Source: Geosiphon pyriformis uo1 (lineage: Eukaryota > Fungi > Glomeromycota). From it: DNA of 18,004 bases. The notes beneath the pieces were generated by a model. That model made no database searches, was not told the DNA's origin, and saw only the letters and a list, made by a program, of their open reading frames with translations. Positions 9,830 to 18,004 of this stretch are shown here, in pieces. The stretch covers positions 349,159 through 367,162 of the forward strand of contig JAAOMT010000094.1 of assembly GCA_016748015.1 (NCBI GenBank). Direction: 5' to 3'. The first letter of the stretch is position 1, and each line of letters begins with the position of its first letter. The position numbers and the translations under genes are program-made.

Positions 9830-11075
9830 TTGAGAGACAATCAATGTTGGTGTAAAGTTTTTCTGGTTTGTGGTGTACAATGTATTAGTAGTTGGCTAAA
9901 AATCCTGTTCATTGGATTTGTTTTGCGTTCAGTTGGGTGTTTTTGTTCTGAAGCCATTTGAGTCCAATATTATCAGTGATAATATCAAATTTTTTAGGCC
10001 TGAGATAAAAGTTAAAGTGGTGTAGGGCCCAAATTACAGCTGCTGTTTCTAGTTCTGTGGCAAGGTAGTTTTTCTTGGCTGGTTTTAATGTTTTGCTAGC
10101 ATAAGCAATTACTCGCTTATTTTCATTGTTATCTAATTGTGATAAGATGGCACCAAAGGCAGTGTAAGAAGCATCTGTAGCTAGTCAAAATTGGTTACTG
10201 AAGTCTGGATAGGCAAGAATTGGAGCTGTTGTCAGCTTTTTCTTGAGAATTTCAAAAGCTTTTTGGTGTTCTTCCATCCATTTGTATTCGACGTTTTTAG
10301 TAGTGAGCTGGTTGAGGGGTTTTGCAATTTCTGAGAATCTTTTAATGAATTTTTGGTAATAGGAAGCTAATTTAATAAATCCTCTCAATTCTGTGGTATT
10401 TTGTGGAGTCTTGAAGTTCTTAACAGTGCTGATTTTTCTGGGGTCTGGTTTAATTCCATCTTTGCTTACAATGTGGTCAAAAAAGGCCAAACTCATTTTT
10501 CCGAAGTAGCATTTTTTGATGTTCAGTTTCAATCTTGCTTTCCATAATCATTGAAAAACTTTTCGCAGGTGTGTTAAGTATAATTCAAAAGATGGGGAAT
10601 AAACATCAGTATTATCAAGATAGACAACTACTGATTTCCAAAGGAGGCCTTTGTAAACAACATCCATGAGTTTTTGAAATGTTGCTGGTGCATTGCATAA
10701 TCAGAAAGGCATTACGTTGAACTCATAGTTTCCTCCTTGAGTGGTGAATACTGTTTTGGGACAATCTTTGGGATCCATGGCAACTTGCCAGTATTCACTC
10801 TCTAAATCTAATGTCAAGAAGTATTTGGACTTCCCAAGGGCATCTAACATGTCATCAATTCAGAGAAGAGGGTAGACATCTCCAATGATGACACTGTTGA
10901 GTTGTTGATAATCAACACAAAATCATATCTTTCCATTTTTCTTTTTAACTAAGACCACAGATAAAGCCCATGGACTCATTAATAGTTGAATAAGCCCATT
11001 GTTAAGCATCCATTGTACTTCTTCGTGGATAAATTGGTGACTTTTTGGAGCAACTTAGTAAGCTTGCTGTCACTT
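9830..11075 (-). pseudogene. pol: Ty3/Gypsy reverse transcriptase + RNase H
   Basis: SPWALSVVLVKKKNGKI*FCVDYQQLN...YPL...TLDLESEYWQV...KTVF...MPF*LCNAPATFQ...VYLDN (YLDD)...KKCYFG...LTTAPILAYPDF; RNase H TDAS...AYASKTL...NY...ELE...ITD. Confidence 0.95.
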
Positions 11076-11652
11076 TGGTTTGACATCTCTTGTATAAATT
11101 TGGTGTTGAACCAAATTGGTTTTTTCTAAGTCATTGTTGTTTTTGGCAAAGATATTGACAAATTTTGCAATTAGCTCTTTAAGCTGGCTCTGTTGTTGTG
11201 GTTCAAGTTGTCCCATGTTGATTCAAGATAGTTTTTCCATAACAACATGGTAGTTTTTAGAGCTGGAGTTTGGGTTAATTTTTGGTAGTAAATATTCAAT
11301 AATTTCAGAAAAATTGGGGACTGTTTGGGGTAATTCTTGTTGAAAGATATTACTGTGAATAACTTCAATTTCTAAGTTATTTAATAAAACTATGGGGTAA
11401 TTATTGGGGTTGTAAAAAGTAACTCGGACTTTCTTTGTTTTTTCTGGGATGTAAATATTTAGGATCGAGATATTATGTCCCAAGCAGATTCGTTCATTGG
11501 ACTCAAAAATTTGTTGTATAGTTGTTGGCTTTTCACAAGTGTAAATTTCAGGGTGTTCTCCAAAGGGTGAAATAATAATTGGTTGTGGAAGTTATAGAAT
11601 CTGGTAAGATTTACTTTGTTCATTAAGAACTATGTTTACTGGAACTGTAAAT

Positions 11653-12045
11653 TGTCCAGTTGAACCAAAACCATTGGTTCTTCTTCCACTTTTTCCCAAT
11701 TGTTCTCTTTGACTGACTAATTGTAAACCCGAAATGTTGATTAAGAGTAAATAAATAGCTTGAGCAATTTTTTCAACATGTTCAATCTGAAAAGGTTTAT
11801 CAGTTTCATTTTGTAACATGATTGTAAAGTCTCCTGTATATTCAACATCTATGATTCCTCTTCTAACATTGATTCCTTTGCTTGCCAATGATAATTATGA
11901 AGTGATTTGGACCATTGCTCTTGGTGGGATTTCGAAAGCAATTTTGAGATTGATTTTGGTAAGGGAATTTGGTTGAAGAACTAAAGTGTTTTTTTCTAGA
12001 TATCATAGATCGTATTCAGCATCAATTTCATGTGTTTTTTCCAGT
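11653..12045 (-). pseudogene. dut: Trimeric-type dUTPase domain within pol
   Basis: All five motifs in order: AEYDL (AGYDL), ITS*LSLA (SRSSLA), GIIDVEYTG (GIIDxGYTG), EKIAQ, RRTNGFGSTG. Confidence 0.9.
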
Positions 12046-13049
12046 TTTATTCCTTGTTCATTGTTGTTAAAGTATTTGAGTTGTGAAGCAGGCTGATTTT
12101 TAATGAAGTAGATGGGTGTTGTTTCAATTTTTTCTGTTGCTTCAGGTTTTCCGAATTCAATTTTGTATTCATCACTTTTGCTGGACAATGGAATTTTAAG
12201 AGCGTAGCATTCAGGACACTATTGTTTGTCGCATGACATTATACACTCCTTACATAATTTAATGTTTATTTGCTCTAATTGTTGAATTTGAGCTTTTTGG
12301 GTTAAGTAGGTGTGACTTGCAATTTGGTGGTATACTTCTACTTCATCTTCATAATTGAATTCAGCTAATTCCAATGTATATTCAATATATTCAGCTTCTT
12401 TCATTTGAAGAACATCTTCTTTGGTTTCTCTGTTAATTAAAACTATGGCAAGTTTGTAGATTATTTTAGTGTCATGGAGGTAGTGATAAAGTTTGCTGAA
12501 GGCGCTGTTGTATGCAGCATTGAAAAGTGTTCCACATTTTACTTTTTCTGCAATAGAAAGAGCATATTGGCAAGTTTGATCATAGACTCCTCTTCTAAAT
12601 GTGACATCAATCCAGTCACATTCATCAGGAAGCTGCTTTCCACAAGTAAGACAGAGTGTTCTATCCCATTTTCTGCTTCTTTTAATCAAGTGGCCCCATT
12701 TTTCTCGATGGCAGGCATTGCAGTAGTAGCAGGTATGACTTTTATATTCTTCCTTAAGTAAAATACAAGCTTCTATTGATGATAGTTTCTTGTGGCAGTC
12801 CTTACATTTAAGGAGAATGTAGGGGTGTCATTTCCTTGGTTCAGACTTTGAGTAAGGAATATTCCATCCAGGGGTTTCAGGTTTAGAGTGTGGAATAAAA
12901 TGTTCTTGTTTAGTTTCCTCAGCCCAATTGGACATTGATCCAAGAGCCATAAATGTTTTAATTATTGGTTTTTCTTCTTTTGGTTCAAATTCAAAAGCCG
13001 GGGCTTTTTCGGAGCATTTGTTGAATGTATTACAAGTGGCAGGTATTCG

Positions 13050-13400
13050 GGCATGTTGTCCTTGGTAAGAGATTTGTAGTTCTTGGGTTTCTCAGTCTAA
13101 TTTCATATTGGCTTTTTGAAGCCAGTCGTTTCCAACAAGAGCTTGATACTGAAAAGCATCTATTACAAGAACTTTGACTGAAATGGTAATTCCATCAAGA
13201 GTGAATGGAAAATTGTCAATTTCTCCTACTGGAGTCTTTTTCATGCCATTGGCAGTAACAATTACTGTTTGAGCTGGTCGGTCAACATTTCTTTTTAACT
13301 GTTGTATTAACTGATAGATAATAATGCTTCCGGTGGATCCACTGTTTAGGATCAAGCGAATTGCCTTTTCTTCGACTTCTGCTTCAGTGTACATAGCAGT
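13050..13400 (-). pseudogene. Retropepsin aspartic protease
   Basis: RLILNSGSTGSII (LDSGS with D>N) ... ALVGNDWL. Confidence 0.9.
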
Positions 13401-13949
13401 GATTGCTTTTTGTTTATTGGCAGCTGCATTGCTAAGCAGGAATGGTGACTCATTTGCTTCGAACTCAAAAGGGAATATATCTGAAAGATTGGCATTTTCA
13501 GCAATTCTGACTGGTGGGATTGTGGTAGAAGTATAGGAAGGGTTTTGTTGTCATGCTGCAGCTCTACCTTCTGAGAGTGCAATATGGTGAAAATTTTGTT
13601 CTTCAGGTATTGTAAGATAGCTAGGTTGAGTATGATAATGGATGGGTCTTGGCTGAGCTGGATTTTGGAGAACTAATTGGTTATTTGGGTTGATTCTGTT
13701 GTTGTTTGTTGCGAATTGGTTTTGTGGTACAAATTGGTTTTGTTGAACCAATCTTCGAGCAGGTACTTGGTAATGTTGAATGGGTTGTTGATACTATTGT
13801 TGCATTGGCTGTGAAGCAGGTTGATAGTAGTCAGTTTAATATTGTGGTCTTGGTAGATAGTAAGCTGATGGTAGTGGTAGTTGGTAATAAGATTATTGTG
13901 GCAAAGGGTAATGTTGATTACTCCTGTTTTGTTGGTCTCATTGTAGCTT

Positions 13950-14699
13950 TCTGCAATCTCTTTTCCAGTGGCCAGGGATTCCACAGTAATGGCAATTTTG
14001 AGACTGGTTATTAGAGGATGATACAAAGTTGTTTTGATTCTATCTTTGGAGTGATTGATATCTTTGGGGTTGCTGTTGTTGTTGGTTGGTAAAATAGTTT
14101 TTAACTTTCTTTGTGAGTTGGTCAATTTTCTCTTCAGCTGCTGAGCTGATCTTTCCAATGGCTAAGTTTACGAGTTTTGTATGATTGGCTTCTTCTATGG
14201 CCATTTTATATCTCTTTGCATGTTGAATGGCAGAGTTTAAATCTTCTGGGGCATGTGAACAAATCTTTTTAATCAGTTTATTCTTTAAACCAGTGATAAA
14301 TTGATCCAAGATTTGAGCATCGGAATAATAATCATTAGTTTCAAGTTGGCAAATTTGTCTGAGAAGTTTGTTGAATTTTCTAATATAAGTCATGACAGAT
14401 TCAGAGGGTTCTTGTTTGATATTGTGAAAATGATTTCAAAGTGTGATTAAGGTGTTGTTATTAGTGAATTGTTCTAAGAAGGCAGTTTTGAAAGCTGTCC
14501 AGTCATTAAAAGGGATGGTCAAGTTTTCGAACCATTTGCCTGCTGTTTCTTTGAGAAAGTAGAGAATTTTTCTTAACATTTTGGCAGCATTTCATCCATT
14601 TGCATCTCCAGCTTTAGTAACTTGGTTGAGCCATTCTTGAGGACTGGTCTCAATGTCTTCTCCATTAAATTCAGGAATATTTGCAATGTATGCTGTCAT
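13950..14699 (-). pseudogene. gag: Gag capsid-like domain and CCHC zinc knuckle
   Basis: MTAYIANIPEFNGEDIETSPQEWL...AGKWF...WTAFKTAFLEQF...IKQEPSESVMTYIRKF...FITGL. Knuckle CHYCGIPGHWKRDC at ~13953-13994. Confidence 0.9.
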
Positions 14700-15456
14700 T
14701 TCGTCTTCTTTGTTTTTACTGTCTATTGATTCTTCTTTAGATATTTCAGAGTCATTTTTTTCATTCGCTGCTGTCTCAGAGTGTTCACTTCGATTTTCAG
14801 CTAGAAAGTCAAAGAGATTGGAACTAGTTTGAAGGAGTTCTTGTTGTCTAGTGGGACTTCTGGGTGATGTAAAATCTTCTAGTCTTGCAAATCAATTTAA
14901 GGGTGAATTAGATATTTGTGCTTGTGCAAGTGAAGCTAGAAAAGGTGTGATAGTAAGTGGAAGTTTTGAACTGGTTCCTTGTTCAGGTGTTTGTAAGTGT
15001 TTGGCAGTTGTTTTTGGTAGTATTAGAATATTTGGGGTGGTTTTTAAGTATTGCTTCAATTTTTGTTTGCCTTTGTTGCTTGTTTCTGTCTCTGATTCAA
15101 AATCAATAGAGTATTGAGATTGCACTAGATATGTTTCTTCACAGTACTTGATAATGTTAAAATTAAGTTCTTGAAAGTAAGTGGCAAGTGTTTCACTGTT
15201 AAGGTCTTCAGTTTCTAACTGTAAATAGTGTACTAAATTATTGTAAAGGTTGCTTCTAACTTCTGAGATATTGTAATTTCCAAAAAAATAATTGTTAATG
15301 CAGTTTTTAATGTATTGGTATACTGATTTCTTGACAACTTCAATTCCGTGTAAAATGTTGAATCTTTGCTTGCAGTGGGTGTAAATTGACTGGTAATACT
15401 CTAGAGTTGTTGCATCTGGTGTGGTCACCACTTTGAAGTTGTTTTTGCTGTGATGT

Positions 15457-15474
15457 TTCTGTGGAAGAGCACCA
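15457..15474 (-). promoter_or_regulatory. Primer binding site (PBS)
   Basis: Sense TGGTGCTCTTCCACAGAA begins 2 nt after the 5' LTR and is complementary to a tRNA 3' end ...GAAGAGCA-CCA. tRNA identity not determined. Confidence 0.8.
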
Positions 15475-15476
15475 AA

Positions 15477-16450
15477 TATTACTGGAGGTTTTTGGTCTCT
15501 TCTTAGCTCTTGTATGTTTATTGTAATGTTGTTAATTCACGACTATAGGAAGTGTTTGAACCTCTGATAACTGAATTTTATCTTCAAATTATCTCTTATA
15601 ATTTAAACTGCTGGGCTTATAAGTAAAATGGCCAATTTTATACCAGTTACTTGTGTAGTTATGTTGTAGTAAATATCAACTCTTTCTCAGGAATTGCTCG
15701 TCTAGAAGCTTACTAAAAATGTGTAGTTACTTTGCTGTGAAAGTCAACTCTTCTACAAGAATCTCGTCTGTAGGCTACCCTGATAATTGTAATAAGAAAA
15801 AAAAATAAAAATAAAAGAAGTATAAAAAGAAAAGAAAAAAATGTTTTATGGAAGTCATTTTGAATCCAGGTCTGGAAGTGCTTTAACAGTCTACTGAAAT
15901 TGGTAGCTAATCAATTTCAAACTGTTAGTAGGAATTGGTTAATTTCAAGGAAAATAATTAAGAATTTGGCTTTTTAAATTTATTTGATATTTATTTTGTT
16001 TTTGTATGTAAAGGATGATTCTAATTGTTAAATCTAAAATAAGATATATTTTCTCGAAGAGAGAAGCTCTTCTTTTATACAACTTGTCATAACATTATTC
16101 TATGAACTTGAACTTTACTCTTTTCTACAATTTTGCTAAACTAAAGATACATTTCAGCAAACTACAAGTTATTTCTGCGAACTATTAAATATTTCGGTGA
16201 ACTATCAATTATTTCGGCAAATTTCTACAAATTTTGACAAACTCTTAAATGATACATAGTTTGGGGTATTGCATGATTGATCATCACAATTAGGTTATAT
16301 TTGTGTTATGTACAAATTGGGTTATTAATTAAATGATAATTTCAGGTATTTTGCTAAATGTAATAAGTGATAATTTAAAATGCTAATTAATGATAAGAAT
16401 TATAAAGGTAATTTCATGCTAAGCAATATTTTTAATTTTATCTGGTAACA
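15477..16450 (-). repeat. 5' LTR (974 bp)
   Basis: Direct repeat of 6577-7548. Sense termini TGTTAC...GTAATA. Followed on the sense strand by the PBS. Confidence 0.95.
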
Positions 16451-16905
16451 GTGTCTTCAACCATTGATCTGATCACAAACACAAGAGACTATATAGATGT
16501 ACCCTTCAAAACAAAAAAATTGTCTTCATGAAAAACACCAAATCTATTGCAAGCTGATGAAATCCTGTCGAAAAGAACCTTGGATAGAATTTTCCTGGCA
16601 GTCTCAATCAATGCAATAGGCCGAGTGTTTGTAAGAACCCCATCTCAGTTGTAAAGTTTAGAAATCATTGAAACTCAAGCTCTTCTCTGCAAAACAGGAA
16701 CACGCCCAACTATTAGACATGTGTTTAACAATTTTAAGAGACATCTTAATACCATCTCCCCATGATGCTTTCAGAGCTCATTAGAAATGTCAGATAAACT
16801 AGCAGTCTTGCCATCAGGCAGATCTTTCACAACTGCAAGCAACTCACTTGCATTGATAACATTCATTATATCTGAAAAAGCATCATCTTTCACATAACTT
16901 AAAGA
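16451..16905 (-). mobile_element. 5' part of the same LINE (RT N-terminus), 5'-truncated at ~16905
   Basis: LSYVKDDAFSDIM...LPDGKTASLSDISNEL*KH...NTRPIALIETARKILSKVLFDRI...NFFVLKGTS; continues in frame into 6576 across the TSD. Confidence 0.9.
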
Positions 16906-17706
16906 TTACATGATAGATGTTGGGAGCTTGGAGATTTTGGTCACATTTATAATTTAGTATGACATAAATTTTATCAGGTAAGAGCTTTCTAGTTTCCTCA
17001 ATAATAATTTCACTGTCATTAATAAAAATATTAAAATCAAGAAGATTTTCTTTAATATAATCTCAACAAGTAGGTTTATAGCCATCTCCTTATTTTTCTT
17101 CACTTTTTGGGAATTACTGTTTCTATTAAAACCAATCTGCTTTAAGAAAAATTAGCAAAATTTTTACCAAATTTGTCTTTTTTTCTTTTTCCAGTATTTT
17201 TTCAACCTTTGACCATAGCACTGATAATCACTAATTCATTAATTAGGTTTTTTTTTAAAGCCTGCAATAATAATCAGAAAGGTAAAGTGATGAATAATTT
17301 TCAACTCTTGGGGTAATAAAAGATAAAAGATTTAGTTATAGAATTTGGGAAGATTACTATAATGAGGTTTTAGATTGGCTTTTATTCTTCTTTTTAAAGT
17401 TCCATTAGCTAACATTTCAATATTCTTTTTCTTATTTGGATCATCTTTGTTAACATAAGAATATTCTCATGCCTTTTCATTTAGTCTAGAACCATGGGTA
17501 GTAGAATAAACAATTTGGGAATTTTCTCAAAACTTTTTAAAGTATTCAGGAAAAGGGATTTTCTTACCAACTTCTCACAATAAAAAAGGCTTACTAGATT
17601 GTAAACATTCATCTCAATCAGCAATGATCTTTAATTTTTTCCCTCTGAGTTTGACTTGTTCTTTGATAAAAGTGTAAAGAGAATCAATTTTGTTTTGATT
17701 ATTCAT
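16906..17706 (-). pseudogene. HAD-superfamily phosphatase (5'(3')-nucleotidase-like), genetic code 4 (TGA=Trp), truncated by the LINE; Mollicutes/MRE-like
   Basis: ATG 17706: MNNQNKIDSLYTFIKEQVKLRGKKLKIIAD[TGA]DECLQ (HAD motif I, DxD)...LL[TGA]EV...KKF[TGA]EN...KA[TGA]EY; after frameshifts LINELVIISA (motif II)...G[TGA]K...C[TGA]DYIKENLLDFNIFINDS (motif IV, DD eroded)...QAPNIYHV. Absent from the supplied ORF track because of the TGA codons. Confidence 0.75.
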
Positions 17707-17757
17707 ATTTCTACAGCTTTGGTAGTATAAATATGTTTTATTTATTGGCAGTGTAGA

Positions 17758-18004
17758 TTAGATTGGTTCTGGACAAGTGATATCTTTGAATTCATCCCGG
17801 ACAAATGGACGAATATTGTGATAAAGGTATTCTTGCCTTCTGTAATCCAAAGGAGGAGGGGTTAGTACTAGGATTGAAAAGGACTTAATTTCTTTGGTAA
17901 TTTCAGAAACACTTGCTTTTTTAGTTTTTAACAAATAAAATTCAGTATAAGTACCATTAGCAACCGGGCTTTGACAACTCCAGGTTGAGCTGCTTCAAAT
18001 AGAA
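17758..18004 (-). pseudogene. Second, inverted copy of the Sola/DUF7869-like transposase C-terminus (continues beyond window)
   Basis: Reverse complement of 17909-18004 is identical to 532-627, then ~84% identical to the end of the CDS (...RQEYLYHNIRPFVRDEFKDITCPEPI*). Confidence 0.8.

Larger units (their letters stand above)
8379..15476 (-). pseudogene. gag-pol: Single-frame gag-pol polyprotein (~2366 codons) interrupted by nonsense codons
   Basis: ORF fragments starting at 15431, 14393, 13751, 13394, 12689, 12188, 11888, 11483, 10532, 9473 and 8807 are all in one frame (coordinate mod 3 = 2). Probable end ...LEPIVVIKQPPNLNT* at 8379. Confidence 0.9.
6577..16450 (-). mobile_element. Full-length Ty3/Gypsy (Metaviridae) LTR retrotransposon, 9874 bp, dUTPase-containing, with extra 3' ORF
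   Basis: Two ~973-bp direct LTRs, PBS and PPT. Domain order gag-PR-(Cys-rich)-dUTPase-RT-RNH-IN. TSD GTGT at 6573-6576 and 16451-16454; removing the element and one TSD restores the LINE frame (..SMVEDTLKKNQEFWLVL..). Confidence 0.95.

Noticed and set aside
12474-15117. Plus-strand ORFs (12474-12761, 13324-13536, 13706-14014, 14851-15117) and alternative-frame minus ORFs (13352-13582, 13673-14158)
   Set aside because: Shadows of gag-pol with low-complexity composition and no motifs.
3800-16905. TGA codons in LINE/Gypsy ORFs as evidence of genetic code 4
   Set aside because: These ORFs retain many TGG codons and also contain TAA/TAG stops, consistent with transition decay rather than recoding.

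Overview
AT-rich eukaryotic DNA, most likely a Glomeromycotina-type fungal nuclear genome (inferred from the repeat families and the cargo), built in nested layers. Innermost is a full-length 9.87-kb Ty3/Gypsy LTR retrotransposon on the minus strand (6577-16450) with two ~973-bp LTRs, PBS, PPT and a 4-bp TSD GTGT. Its gag-pol is one reading frame broken only by nonsense codons. It carries an unexplained Cys-rich domain and a dUTPase between protease and RT, plus an uninterrupted extra 3' ORF overlapping the PPT and U3. This element sits inside the RT region of a 5'-truncated LINE with RNase H (3665-6576 + 16451-16905), which adjoins two older, heavily eroded LINE 3' ends. Flanking the transposon stack are intronless pseudogenes whose Trp codons are all TGA (genetic code 4): a double HIT-fold gene on the left and a HAD phosphatase on the right. 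Each lies 51 bp downstream of one of two inverted copies of a Sola/DUF7869-like DDE transposase gene. The best reading is Mollicutes-related endobacterial (Moeniiplasma/MRE-like) DNA integrated into the host genome and later invaded by host retroelements. All domain calls are by eye from motifs; no database searches were run.
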